Assembly: GCF_009834535.1 (NCBI RefSeq)
Contig: NC_045696.1
Location: 112,036,001 to 112,100,000 of the forward strand
Direction: 5' to 3'
DNA from: Camelus ferus
Taxonomy: Eukaryota
DNA length: 64,000 nucleotides
Part shown: positions 13,462 through 27,801 of the stretch, piece by piece
Position numbering within the stretch: position 1 is the first letter of the stretch
Layout of the letters: each line of letters starts with the position of its first letter
Translations under genes and position numbers: made by a program
The notes under the pieces: model-generated
The model's database searches: none
Told to the model about the DNA's origin: nothing
The model's input: only the letters and a program-made list of their open reading frames with translations

Positions 13462-14203
13462 CTTCACTATTTACAATAGCCAAGACATGGAAACAACCTA
13501 AATGTCCATCAACAGATGACTGGATAAAGAAGATGTGGTAGATACACACAATGGAATACTACTCAGCCATAAAAAAGAATGAAATAATGTCATTTGCAAC
13601 AACATGGATGGACCTAGAGATGATCATACTAAGTGAAGTAAGAGATAAAGACAAATATCATATGATATCACTTATGTGGAGTCTTAAAAAAAAACCCCAA
13701 CTTATTTACAAAACAGAAACAGACTCATAGACATAGATTAGAAACTTATGGTTACCAGGGGGGAAAGGGGATGGGAAGGGATAAATTGGGAGTTTGAGAT
13801 TTGTCATTCTAAGTGAAGTAAGCCAAAAAGAGAAATATACCATGATATCACTTATACGTGGAATCTAAAAAAAATGGACAAACTTATTTACAAAACAAAA
13901 AGACTCTCAGACATAGAAAACTTATGGTTACCAGGGGAGGAAAGGGGTGGGAAGGGATAAATTGAGAGTTCAAGATTTGCAGATACTAACTACTATATAT
14001 AAAATAGATAAACAACAAGTTTATACTGTATAGCACAGGGAACAATATTCAATATCTTGTAGTAACTTATGGTGAAGAAGAATATGAGAATGAATATATG
14101 TATGTTCATGTATGACTGAAGCACTGTGTTGTACACTAGAAATTGACACAACATTGTAAACTGACTGTACTTCAATAAAAATATATTAAAAGTGAAAAAA
14201 AAA
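13462..14203 (+). mobile_element. LINE-1 3' fragment with internal ~180 bp repeat
   Basis: ORF2 C-terminal motifs, a 3'UTR segment present twice, and a tcaataaaa plus A-rich tail. Confidence 0.9.
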
Positions 14204-14925
14204 AGGAAGGCGAGGCCAAGAAAGCAAGCAAGTTGGATGTAGGTGGAGGGAAAAAACCTGAGAGGGGTACCACATGTATGGTAAAGTGAGGATGAAATAA
14301 ATATTGTTCTGCTAAGATCTTTCACGGGAGACTGCTCTGTCCCTGGCTGATAGGCTTAATCAGTGACCACTGCTCGCAAGGTGCACCCACCTAATCAAGG
14401 GAACTCTCTGATCATTTTAACAGTTCATGAGGATTTCCACTTCCGGTCATAAAAGGGAAGCACGTGCTGTGGGTGTCTGGACTAGCTTTCCTTTTCTTCT
14501 GCTAAAGCTTTCCATGATATTTTTAATCACAGAAAAGAAATTAAAAAACCTTAATTCTTTTATTCTCATCCATTACATCTTAGTATCTAAAGCAGAAGTT
14601 GCAAACTGCTAAGCTGTAACACTGAGTTGAGCCAACAGATATGTTTATTTTGGCTCAGACAGTGGTGGCCAGCACAGTCACTTAAAAACTTTAAAATTCA
14701 TTGCCAACATTTAAAAAGCAGGGGATTTCAATTACAAAAGAGATTGATTTGATGTTTCTGCCTAATATCTTCTTGACTAATCATCCTACGGTCTGAGTGT
14801 TTTTCAGTAGCGAAATGTCAGGAGAACCAGAAATGAACTTGAAAAAGCCACCATCCTCAAGTAATAGAGAGATTCGTTTAAAACACTGGGGAAGCAGGCC
14901 ATGCTAATCCTATATTTCCATAGGG

Positions 14926-15108
14926 CAGTGAATTTCAAAATGTGGTCCCTGGACCAGCACCCTACATTACCTGGGAATACATGAGAAATGCAGATTTTCA
15001 AGTCCACCCAGACCTCCTGAATCTGAGACTCCAGGCTGGATCCAGCAAACTATGGTTTAGCAAGCCATCCCGGTGATCCTGATCCATGCTGAAGCATGAA
15101 CATCACTG
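14926..15108. mobile_element. MER5A-like hAT DNA transposon
   Basis: cagtg...cactg termini, with tgtggtccctggaccagca...agaaatgcagatt inside. Confidence 0.8.
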
Positions 15109-17477
15109 ATACAGGGTAGTAATCAATGAGAAGACAGCTTCTATTTTGCCACATTCCCTACCACTCTCTATTGTCCCAAATTAGCCTGCATCATTCACTC
15201 ACCTGCCTAGCCCTCCCAATAAGGCACCCGAATTCTCCACTCCAATAGTAAATCTAACTTCAACATGAAAAAGTACATACAGCTTCTTAATGGGGGTTAA
15301 TTTTTGCAGAAAATGATTGGCATCCTTTTACCCTAAACTCAATTAAATGGATTGGTATATGTAGTGACATTTACCTTCAGAATTATATGAAACATGACCA
15401 AAATGCACCCTTGCCTTTCAAGGAACAGTAAATCAGAAAATATTAAAGATGAAATTTAGTGACCTCAATTACCATTTTGAATCTAACCTGGCTGCCATCA
15501 CAGGTGGAGAACCACGTTTATAGAGAAAAAGAGAAAGTAAAGTAAGTCAGGGCCCTCCAGATCGGCCCAGGAACTCTGCCTTGCCTGCAAAATGTGAGCA
15601 GTAATAGCTTCTTCACGGAGTCGTCGTGAGGGTTAACTGAGGAAAATGTGTGTCCAGCACAGAGTAAGTGGTATGTAAGTGCTTTTCTCACTAAAGAAAC
15701 ACTGGGTACACACCACAGTGTTTGTTTCTCAAACAATCCTAACACTCAGATGTTGTTATTCTCTTTCCACAAAAGATGAAACTGGGTTTCAGTGGCTTGT
15801 CCAAGAAAGTGGGTGGGCCCGGTTCTGACTCCCAGTCCGATGGAAATCACTGTGCAGGTGGAGAGGGTGCCGGAACCCCACAACAGCAATATTCTGTCTC
15901 ATCAAGATCGCACTTGCTGTGGAGTATATGGACCTCTCTTTTCTAAAGGAATACAACCAACCTTTCATTATTCGGGAATAATGGTCAGTTTGTGGGTCAT
16001 GAAAGCTCTTTTCCAGATTCCTGGTCGCTGTGCTGCTAGAAATGCATGAAGAGGGACAGGAGAGGAAATCAGATCAGTCTACTTCACTTCCAAGTGGCTT
16101 ATTCCAAACCTCCAGCAGTGGAGGAGTGGAAACATACAGTGCCATTAACATAGCCTGTGACTCTGCAGGCAGGGACAGACCAGCCTCCTTTACCAGAGAG
16201 AGCACAGGCTGGGGAGGTGGTACCCCATGAGGCCAAGTAAGGGATTTGAAGACTTCTAAGATCTCACAAGTCTGCTTCACCCAGTTGCCATTAAAAGCCA
16301 TCAAAAACACATCAGCATTCTCCAGACCTCCTTAGAACTCAAGAAATTTGTTACTTTAAAAAGTCATGGCAAGTACTTATTTACTCAGAAGGACTTGAAC
16401 AAAAAGTCAGCATATTTCATGGTTTTGTGTTTAAATTTTAAATTAATAAATAGTTTGGGGGTATTTAATCTAATGGGAAAAAAGGAAAATAAAACTTATG
16501 GTCAGAGAGAGGCATGGATTGCATAATGCTATACACAGCAAGGCTGAGATTTTTAAAAGCAGTCATTGAAGATAAAGTAAAACACATTTCATCTCAGAAT
16601 GCGGTCTACCATCCTAAAACCAATGAATGCACCACGATGAGTAATTTTTAAAGTAAATACCCCTGCATATTTTCTCACTGCCCTTCCGTTGACATGCTGT
16701 ACTTTACAAAAATTCATGTCCAAGTTCAAAGAGGAAAAGAAAAAAAACAGAAGAAGAAGAAAGACAGACAGCATTTTTTCAAACAGCCCAGCCTTGGAAA
16801 TATGTAAGAATTTATGCATGTTGTAAGTGCTCTTTCTCCTTTGCCAGAGGGTGTAATTAAAGGCCCACAGACAACTTCCAAACCGAGGCCAAGAGAATTT
16901 CAGTCGAAGTCAACGGGAGTTCAGTACCTGATCGTGCACAGAAATAGCTCGCCCGAAAAGGGATAAATAACTCTCTTGGCAGGGAGCTCAGGGAAACACA
17001 GGATGTTAGAGCCCACGTTTATAAAAGTAAAATTCATTCAGTGGCCTAGAATCAATAAGATAATAATTGTATGACTCGACACCAGCAGGGGAGCGCAGGA
17101 GGGTGAGCGGGCAGCCTGTTTCCAGGACACTGGCAGAGCTGGCTCTCACCTGGGCCTCCTGGTTTACCCTTTTCCCTCTCCAGTGTCACAGGCATTATGT
17201 ACGCCCTAAGTCTACTTCATTTTTCTTAGTTACCTGTGAAGTAAGAACCCACCCACAGCAACTTAAAGGTGGGTGGCAGCCAAATGCCGACCTGCTGTTT
17301 ACCTCAGGGAGCGCGCGGCCTGAAGTTCAAGATCAGTGGGGCCCTGAGTCCTTCTCGGCTCTCACTTTTCAAAGTCAGCCATGAGTCTTCCTAGTGCATA
17401 AAGACACCTAATGTCCTACAACAGGCTCCTAAGAACAAGGCACCTACTTCATCCCGCGTTTAACTGAAGAAAGAGCC

Positions 17478-18075
17478 TGTGGTTCAAAACAAAACCCAGC
17501 TGATTGGATTTTCCAAAGATGACCCCAGTGGTGACCTTACATGCTCCTCGCAACTGGCCTGGCTCCAACCAACGAGGGGAGGGTCTATGCCCCCTCCTTG
17601 GATCTGGGTGGGCTTGTGACCGCTTTAACCAGCAGGTGGGACAGAAGGGACACTTGGGACACCCAAGCCTAGGAAATAGAAGGCCACCTGGCTTCCACTT
17701 TGTCTTCTGCAGCCCTAGCTTTTCACCTCTGAGCCACCGTGTAATGAGTCTGATGACTCTGAGATCGCCACCTTGTGAGGAAGCACAAGCTGCACCGAAA
17801 AGTCTGCATCAGTGTGTGGTCCACGGCCCCGGCTGAGGTCCTAGTCAACAGGCAGCCTCCACCCCCAAATGCACAACTGAAAACGCCCCCAAAGGCTTCC
17901 ACCTCCCCGACCCCAGGCACTGCCGTATGCTGTCTTCTCAGCGGGGGCCCGGACAGGCCAGCGCCACTGTGTCCTGTCTAAATTCCTGACCCACAGAACC
18001 CACAAGCAAAAAAAAGCTGTTTTATGTCTCTAGCATTTGCGATGGTTTGTCACACAGCTCTGGTGACTAGGAACA
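17478..18075 (+). mobile_element. MLT1-type (ERVL-MaLR) solo LTR, boundaries approximate
   Basis: MaLR 3' signature aattcctgacccacagaa...tgtttta...ggtttgtcacacagc...aaca. Confidence 0.7.
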
Positions 18076-21000
18076 CACTGTTTGGATGATTAAAGATCAT
18101 TTTACCCCTATACGATTTTTACCTTGTGCACTTATTTTAGAAATTAAACCCTATAAATTTACTGTACAACACAAGGAGATACTGGATTCATAAATTCTCA
18201 CTGTGGTATGCCCTGGACTTGTTAGTAATTACAGGATTTTTCATAATGAAAGGAAAGCATCTGTTATTTCACTGGTGTATATGAAGAATGGGAAATGACC
18301 AATATTTGAAATTCAAAACCAGGTCAATGCGAGGCCAAGAAGTGACCTTAATAATTGATAAGGAAACAGTCACCCTTGGCAGACACCTGCGAGCCATCTA
18401 TCTCATCAGGTGGTGAACCGAGCCCAGGTGTTGCCCTTACAGCATCTGTTCCATGCCCAAGAGCCGTGCAGCAGTGGGGGCAGGGCAGAGACAGCAGGAG
18501 AGTGGGGTGGACGCTCCTACATCCTCCTGTGTGGTCAGAGAATGCTCCTCCAGAAAGGAAAAATGGAAAGGGTAGGGATGCCTCCTGAAACTGTCCCTCT
18601 TCCTCTCCTGTCTGTTGGGACATACTCAGTCAATGGTACCTTAAACACCTTTCCTTCATCTGCCCCGTTGGTCCAAGTGATTACAGGGCAAAGGCTAACA
18701 CAGTCATGGGGCACCACCGTGCTCTAATCCTGCTTGTTTTTTCCCTAAAGCTTCCAATTTTGTTTATTATACATTCATTCAACAAACATCTATGGGGTGC
18801 CTACATCATTGCAAGCTCTATCATGGACACTAGAAATACAGAAAAGAAGACTCATGGTACTTAACTAGTGGAGAGAAAACCAGTGAATAAGTAGACAATT
18901 AATGGTATAATTTCAAATAGTAGTAAGTGCAACAGAGGAAGTTCCACTCCACTGCGGGAACCCTGGCACGTCAGGATGGCTGCCTTGCTTCTAAGTCAGT
19001 GAAGACTCAACAAGTCACACTGGAGACATGATAATTACACAGAAAGGGACAGTGGTAGGTCCAAGACTGGGTCTCTCACATAAAGACAGGGAGAGCAGCT
19101 GCTCCTAACTGGGGAGTCTCCAGCGAGGCAGGGGAGATTACGGGAAATGAAAATGACAGATATGGTATGACCAATCGCAGTCCAGAGAGAGGCAACTTAG
19201 GGTGGGACGCCATATGTTTTTCTTAAATCTATCTTGTGAAGGATAGAAATTTGTAAACACGCTGGGCAGAGAAGAAGGGTATACAAAATAGAAGGTACAG
19301 ACAAGTAAGTGTTTTTACCCAAAAGGATTTACATAAACCCCCTACCAAGGGGCCAGTAGAGTGTGATCCTGAGCAGGGAGCTCACCTTCACTGACGGAAA
19401 TGCAGACGAACATATCAACCATACATATCAACAAGGCACCTGCACTGGGAAGCAGGCAACTGTGGAAAAGATACAATCATGGCGATTCTTGAAGCAGAGG
19501 GGTAAATGCTAGGGACGTTTACCAACACTGTCTCCTCTCCTCCTTTTAGACACATGGTATGACTGCAAATCATGCCATTGGATTAGGCAGCGCCTGAAGA
19601 ATTGCTCCAGTCAATGAGCTGTGAGTGGAAGCGACAGAGGGCTTGGTGATGGCAGAAGAGAGGGCTTGGTCCTGAGAGTGGGACCTCAGAACCACATCCC
19701 CCCACTTCCCAGATGACTTGAAGGAAAAAAAACCAAGTGGTACAAAGATACTAAGTTTCCAAAATTTATCTCTATCATTTTTTTTTATCTTATTCAAATG
19801 ATTTGTATATGTCCTTGTAGGATTCTCAGCTTTCATATTTTAAAAGAAGCCGCTAAATGATTCAAACATAACTCGTCTTCAGTTTCTACCTCTGTCTCAT
19901 GGGCGTGCCTAGAGGAACTGACAACAGCCCACCCACCAGACATAATACAGGCAAGGACGGGCTCCTTGGAGGTCACTGCCCTCCTCTCTCCTCCAGGGCT
20001 CTGTTTCCCAGAGTGTGCATCGCAGACTACAGGAAGATGGTTTTCGAAGCAGGGGACTCACAAAGAATAAGATGGATGGAAGGGAATCAAACAGAAAAGG
20101 AATATCTGATCTAGACTTACTAATTAAAAGATACCCTTTTAGGTGTCTTAACCACTGGGTCCATGATATCAACCCTGTGCAAACATCCCACATGTGGGTG
20201 TAGTGAAAGAAATTACTTCATTATTTGGCTTTAAAACCAAATCTATCCAGTGGTTATTAGACCCATTTAGGCTTTGATATAATTCATCATTTTGTGCAGA
20301 GCCTACCTGCCACAAATATTTACAGAAAAAGATTTGATATTTGTGTGTGTAATATATACACGAAACTCAAAATTTTGATCAACAGGCAAGAATTAGCACC
20401 AAATAACTCATTTAAAGTGAAGGTATTTCCCACCGAACTCTTAAAGCAGGAAATAATAATTTAAGACCAAAATGCAACTGGATGAGGAATTTTACATTTA
20501 ATCCCATTTTGAGGGAATAACCAGAATACATTGACTCAATTTCTAATTCCTTTCCCATCATTTCTGGCATTGGACTAATAACTTACACACTTTAACCATC
20601 ACTGTTGGATACAACAAATGTACTGAGAGCTCTTCAAGGATTTTAGCTCAGTGTTTTTTTGATGAAATCATAAACATGAGATATTGTGCATTCAAATGGA
20701 ATAGAAACCATCAAAAGCCATCTCATGGAGTACTGGCTGCATACACTTTCTAACCTAGGGGACCAGCCAGCTGAAGGACGATCTAACACTGTGGGACATG
20801 CCTCTGGAAACTGATAAACATCAAAAAAAAAAATGACCCCCTTCAAGATTCTTTTCATCTGAGACTAATTCTTTATGCTAATAAGTAGACATGGAAAAGA
20901 GGGCAGTAGTTTTCAGAAGCCTTTCTTGGCTGGAAGTGTGCCCACACTCCCCGAGTCCCCAGATACAGGGTAGCTTGTCTACAACTTGAGTACAAAGCAC

Positions 21001-24000
21001 AGAAGTGAGATGCACACTGAAATTCTCATTTCTCTAAGGAGCAGTCAGATGATCCCTGACGGGTTTGACTAATCAGGATAATTTTCATGATTTGGGGGAC
21101 TTTCCAGCCCATATGAATGGTGGTGTTGTGCCCTGAGAATGCAGCTCTTTTCAGATTCAAAAGCGCAGAGGAGAGTTAACGTTGTTTGATCATTTTTCGT
21201 TTTTCCAAATTTGTTTAACCATGAAGATCCTTTATAAATCCAAAGTTCCTCCCCCTTGCTGACCTGCCTCAGACTTTTCCATCACTCATTATTTTAAAGC
21301 TCACAGAACCTGAGAAGTACATTTTACATGCTCCAGTTCAGAGCTGCAGCCAATATAAAGGTTTTTTTTTTTTCTTTTTTCTTTCCAGGCATAGAAAAAA
21401 GCCTCCACAGAAGCAGAACTGAGAGGATCACTGAAGGTTTTGCTTTTCCCTGTTGGAATATTTACTTTGCAAATCCACCAATCTCTATTATAAATGAAGC
21501 ATTACATGAAATCCTGAGAGGGAGGAGGGGGCCCATGTTAAAACTGCCTCAAGCAACCCTTGAGAACAAGCGAGTGAGTTAAATTTACCGTTTGTGCCTT
21601 CTTGCATTGTGACACCGTTGAATAGGAAGCAGACGCCCTGGCAGATGGGCCACCTTGACTGTCCTGACAAGTCTAACGACAAGCTCTACAAACACAATTC
21701 TACCTTGAACACTTAGGCAGCCTGCACTGTGCTGCTTTTGAAATAAAACAAAACCAACCCAAACACAAATGCCCCAGGCGACAGTGCCGGCCACAGAACT
21801 GGTGCCAGAAATCCGGGCAGGACATTGGTAGCAGAGGAATGTCATCTTTTCAATATGGAACAAGGAACAAGGCTCTAATGGGGCAGGACTGCCAAAACCC
21901 AGCCTTTCCCCTCCACTCCGGACAATGCCAGCTTTGTCCGGATGGGAGACGCACACAGTTTTATTCCCCTTTCTAGATATTTTTCCAGGATGAGTTCTAG
22001 CTAGGGTCCACAGGACAACATTTTCCCCATTCTAGCATTGCTTATCCATACAACACATCTGGCCACCTTTCTGAAGTGGAAAAATACTGAACCGAAAAAA
22101 AAAAAAAAAAGACACAGCTCATGAAAGGCACAAGAGAAATTCCAATCCCAAGGAAACTATTATGGCCGGTAATAGCAACTCAAAAACAAGGAAATGTCTA
22201 GAAAGCCGTGTGATTTTCATGCCTTGGGCGTTGTGGTGTGCTAGTATGATTCTTGTGCTCAAGGACACATATTTTTGGTACAACATGAAAACAGAAAACA
22301 AGGATCTCATCTGGTTCTCCGCGGAAAGGACAACAATCTGCTTCCAAAGCTGGAGGAAGAGCTGGCTTTGTTAGCCTTAATGAGAGACATATGTCAGTCT
22401 GCAGCAGTCTGCCTGCCGAAGGGATTTTCTGGGGTCATTCCCGCTACATGTGATTTTTGCCTTCTGGGCTGACGCTGGAATCTAACCCCTGAGAAAGGTC
22501 TACCTCTGCTGGGGAAGGCCTTCCCTGTTTCTCAAAATGTCAAAACAGAACACACTAGGAAAGGAAGACGTTTAGGATCATAGTCTTTGAAAAGATAGAT
22601 TGATAAGATTCGGGGAGAAATTAAGTGAACCACGTGTATAATATAGCCAAGCTGGTTTCCATAGTAACCATGTCAGTAACAGAATCAGATTCTAAATCAA
22701 GGGCATGGATGGTAGAACTTGGTGTGTTTTCTCACCTACAAAATGCAAGGGAAAAAAAACCTCTTCCACCTATGTCTCTAACTGGATCAAATGAAAAACC
22801 TAAGGGAGGAACTGTCAGCTCTCCACCAAAGGCACTCATTGCTTTCCTATTGGTAATAATAGGTCTGTCCCCTGGCGCATGGCTAGACTACATCTCCTGT
22901 GGCTGGTTCTGGTGGTGGGACCAGTTCCTTCCAGGGCTCTGTGCCCCTCCACGCCTGGCTCTCATGGAGCTGTGTTCACCTCCTCTGCCTTCTCCTTCCC
23001 ACCTACTGGTTAGAATCGGATGAGGCTACAGACCTCGTGGATGCTAAGCTAGAGCACGGGGAGCAGCCTGCCTCCCTAACCACTGTGTGCAAGAGAGAAG
23101 GTCCCGGCCAGGAACACGTGCCTTGAACCTGATGAAGAAATTCTGGACCAAGCATGGTACATTTGGGAGAGTTTCTTCCCCACTGCAGCGAAGCTCAGCT
23201 GAACTTAATTCCGGATGTGAACGTGCTTTAGAAACACAGAGGCAATACAAATGTAAGGTATTTCTATTGTTTCTGTAATTTTATGCAGGTATGCAGGTGA
23301 GGAGAGAGGTAGCTGGAGAGGGAAGACCAGGGACTCACAGCCTTGCCCTCGGGAAGAGCAGCCCTGGGGCTGGCAAAACAGGAGCACCCTTTGCTGGGCG
23401 ATTTGTCACCATTTCTTTCCAAGAGTTCACCCCGGAGAGGGAAATAGAGGATTGAAAGCTTTCCAGGAAAAGGTTTAGAGAGAAGGCTGAAACACTCATA
23501 ACCTTTGAGCTGTGAAATTTATTTAACAGAAATGATTTTCAGTCGTAATTTCTATCATTCTCAGGAAACCCCAAAAGTATACCTTTATTCCTCTGACAAA
23601 AATATATTTTTGTTTTTGTTTGGTGAAATTGTACTAAATTGTAACATTCATTTTTAGATGACGGTCTTTAGGAATTTTGTAAAAGCAACTTATTTTGCTG
23701 TACCCCCACCCCCACCCTGCCTTTGCTTTAATTTGGAAAGAGTGTTGATTTTCTGGTAATTTTTTTCATTGACCAAAACTTCATGAAACAGACACTTGTG
23801 ACATCACAGGGAGGTAAGCCATTTTCAAGTCAACAGGTCGCCTAAGAACACTGGGACCTGCTTCTTTGCGGCATGACAAAGGAAGAAAACTGTCCCAAGA
23901 ACTACAGACTTGTAGCTAGTCTAACAAAAACAGCAAATGAGAGAGTTCTAGATATTTTTAAACAACAAACAAAGCAAAGTAAGCATTGAAACAAGCAGTT

Positions 24001-24631
24001 ATGAACTTTTAACCGTTGAAAAATTTATAAACCACTTGAAACCACCAAATTAAATAAACTGTTCTCACTCCGCCGACATAAGAAAAAAAAATAGGGTTGC
24101 AGGCTAATTCAGAATTCACCCTCCACTTCCTGTTTATTCATATATCAGAAGGGAAAGAAAAAGACAGATTTTTTCCTGCTTTTTCAATCCAAAATGAGCT
24201 CTCAATTTAGAACATTTGTCCAAAAGAAAAGTGCTTTCTCTCCTTCTGTGGGAACTAAAACTAGAGAAAGCCAGATTGCCACTTCAGCTGTCTTGATGTT
24301 TCTAGATATGGAGGTAGATTCTAGACGCTGAGATTTTTTATTTTCTTTAAAGCACCAAGAGCCCACAGTGGTTTTGAGTATATTGGCCCAGTTGCTAATC
24401 CTTAAGAGTTTGCTTAAAGACAATTTCCAAAGGAACGTATCTTCTGCAGTAAAAGGTTAACCTTGAGGTGAAAGGTAGAAATTAACAGGAAACTGAGCTG
24501 GATTTTGGCCACCAAAGGCCTGGTCCTGTTTATAAATTTCATAAAAATTTTCATGAATCTATCATCACAAACCTTATATATTTAGATGCAATTCATTATA
24601 TAATTAGATAGACTATATAAAATTAGACCAC

Positions 24632-25133
24632 TTTAATAGGGAAGAACAAATCTGACTCCGTATTAGATCTGTTCCTTTGGCTCTAACCCTGTGCTCTGTT
24701 GCCTCTGCTTAGTCGTGCTGGTTCTGCACCTTCTGTAAAGGAATTCTGCCTGGAGCCTGAAATATACAGGGCAGCCCATTCTCAAGGCTCTGACCTTTAA
24801 GGGTATAACACTTTCCCATTCATACAGGGATAAAAAGTTGCAGAACAGAGAATAACATTCGTCTTGTTGGAGGTTTATGGGGACATCGTGACCTGACCTA
24901 CATGGACAGCTGCAAGAACAAAGGATTCCAACACCAAACACACCCCCTCTCGTTTTTAGTGTAAAAGGACCCTGAATTCTGACTTGGGTAAGATGGTTCT
25001 CTAGGACATTAGTCCCCCATCTTCTCAGTCTGCTAGCTTCCCAAATAAAGTCATTATACCTTACCCCAACACCTTGTCTTCTGATTTATTGGCCTGTCAT
25101 GTGGTGAGCAGAACGAGTTTAGACTTGGTAACA
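24632..25133 (+). mobile_element. ERV1 solo LTR, MER41-like, 502 bp
   Basis: Termini t(t)taatagg...ggtaaca, 4 bp TSD CCAC (24628-24631 and 25134-25137), and AATAAA near 25044. Confidence 0.85.
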
Positions 25134-27044
25134 CCACTATGTGCATTAATATAATAAAATCTGATATATTACATGTCATTTATTACTGTTGATTACTATA
25201 TAATTATATCTAATTTATGATTAAAAAAAAACACCTCTGCATTCAGGCCCTACTACGTGCAGAGCCCTGCACCAGGCTTCTGTAAGAAAGCTGTGACAGG
25301 AGACCAGCCCCAGCCTTCCTGCAGTTTATAGTGTGACAGAGGAGGCTGCTAGCAAACGACTCCGTGAAGACAAGTGAAACACACCTGTGTTAAGTGCTAC
25401 CAAGGAGCACAGCAGAACCTCTGAAAGAGAGGGGTCGACCCTGGGTCTAAAGAGGGCTGCTCTGAGAAGATAGAGCCGTGAGAGCGTTCAAGCATCTTTA
25501 ATGCCCGGCTAGTCCCCAGATGCCTGTACAGGGCTGTGCAAAACCAGCCTGAACAGAATGGGTAGGTTTCCACTTGCCCACGTCATTTTTCTCGGGCTCT
25601 CCCGCGTCCCCTTGTTTTCAGATGAATCTTCAGCTTCTGCCCGGAACACGTCTCTCCCCTTCCTCAGGTGGAAAATGCTTACACATCCCTAAAGTCATCC
25701 CTTCTCTAAAGCCTTCCCTGAAAGACTGCTGCTCTTCCTCCCTTGGATCGTTCTTGGAGGTGGATTTTCCCTTTGCTAAATAAATCCTGTAAATTCTTTT
25801 GCTACACAATGCTTTGTCTCCCATCTGAATTCTTATCTTTCGGGTATGACAAGAACTAGGGTCATTTCCCTTCCCCTTTTGGGGTAACAAAAATACATGA
25901 AAACCTTTCATTTCAGTTCCTAGAGCCTGTCTCATGGAAGGTATTTAGTAAACGTCTGATAAATGAGAGAAAAAACAAATTTTCCATTGTCGGACAATTT
26001 TATAAAGGAGACGAGTTATCTGGGTCTATGAGGGGATCTATTCTTTGTGTTTCAAGGACCAAAATACTGAATTTGGTGGCACGCTTCATCATTCAGCTTT
26101 GCTACCGCAGCACGACACTGTCCTGTTTTTCTTATTGTCTCTAGCGTGTTATTTTGTTCTCGGGACCCACACTGCAGCAAACCTCTAAGCCAAAGCAACT
26201 ATGAAGGGCAGGCAAAGCCCAGGATGGTCTCCAAACAGAGCATAATGTTCATGTTTATTGATGCTGATTAAAACCAAGAGAAAAAAAATGTCATCTGAAA
26301 TGGCCTTGGTCAAATAAAATCACTAAGCACATTTATAGTCTTTAATAGAAGTTCTAAAATTAGGTGCAGGCATCCATCTTCCTGATTGCAAAACTTTTTG
26401 TGACTGAACATACTACTTTGCTGTCTGCCAGGAAAAAAAAAAACAAAACCCAAAAAATAGCCCAGCAGCAGAACACTGTCCTGGAGAGGAGGGCCTCCCT
26501 TCTTCAGAGGCAAGGAAAACAAAGGGAGATGAGAAAACGGACGAAATTAGCCCTGAGGGACTGTGGGGGCTAGTGGAGTTTAAACTCTTAAAGGCTGCTT
26601 TAAATAGCCAGCTAGCAGCGTGACCATGAGCAAGCAACCCGCTGCGCCTCGCGGGGAGGCCTCGCCCTGGCTCCCCATGTGGGCTGGGCACTGGCTCAGG
26701 GATGGGAATTTTCCGCCCATCAGTGGCAAAGCGGAGAGAGCACGACTGAGCCCCATTTGGGAGCGTGCCCATGGGTGGGGTCCTTCTGTTAACTGTGCCT
26801 TCTTGGGGAAGACTGCCTTGTAAGCTCTTCCTTCTTTTACTTCTTGATGTAAAATGTCATTTTTAAAAAATGAGATGGTCAAGACAACAGAGTTGTTTCT
26901 CTTAAGTACGCTCCCACCTGTTTTTGTTTCTAATTTGTTGCCCCACGAAACCCCCAATCTAGAACATAACACACCCCTGCTTCCAGGCTTTTGTCCCAAT
27001 GTGGCTGAAGCAGGAGGTGTTTTCCAACAGGTAGAGGATTCCGG

Positions 27045-27235
27045 TTAGCCCTAGCAAAGGCCAGCTGTGTGGCCCTGGCCAAGTTCCTTAACCTCTCTGA
27101 ACCCCAGTTTCCTCATCAGTAAAATGGCAGTCATAAAGCCTACCCCCCTATAGGGCTGTTGTGAGAATTAAACGAAAGAAATATGAGTATAAAATGTCCC
27201 AATGCCTGGTATAGAGAAGGTACCCAACAAAGGCA
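27045..27235 (+). mobile_element. MIR SINE
   Basis: cttaacctctctgaaccccagtttcctcatcagtaaaatgg core. Confidence 0.8.
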
Positions 27236-27801
27236 GTGTTTTCCCCTCTCCCTACTCACCCTTGGACTTATAAACACAGGGACTCCCACACCACATAGGC
27301 CTTCCCAAACAGGAAACCAGTGCACTTGTTGAGTTCACTGTTGTAGTGTTTGTATTTGGCTTTGGACTGGGTTCAAACATGTGGTGTGTTTAACTCTCAC
27401 ATATCTGTTGAAGCCCAGAGAAGTTAACGGACGCAGCCAAGACAAGGAGAAATGGCCCTAGAATCCAAGTGTTCAACCTAAAATACTTTCCTCTGTCACA
27501 CAGCTGGTTTCTTCTCGGCCATGGGATTTCATGTGACCCCCTATCAAATCAGGTACCCTTCCATTATTCTTTACCAGACCATTCTATTCCTTTTCTTCCA
27601 ACTCTGAATTGTCTGCTTGTCGTCTGCCCCTTGCTCCAGGAGCGACCTGTCTGTCATGTTCACTACTGTATCTCTAGCACCCAGCACAGGCCCTGAGACT
27701 TAGCAGGTCTTCAACAGACACATGTTGATGGATGAGAGAACGATGCATACAGTTTTCGGAAGGGACTTTTGCAGGAAACCAGGGCATGACAGAAGACAGG
27801 A

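Noticed and set aside
21917..21942. 9 bp hairpin tccggacaa/ttgtccgga
   Set aside because: Short, and probably part of a decayed DNA transposon; no other support.
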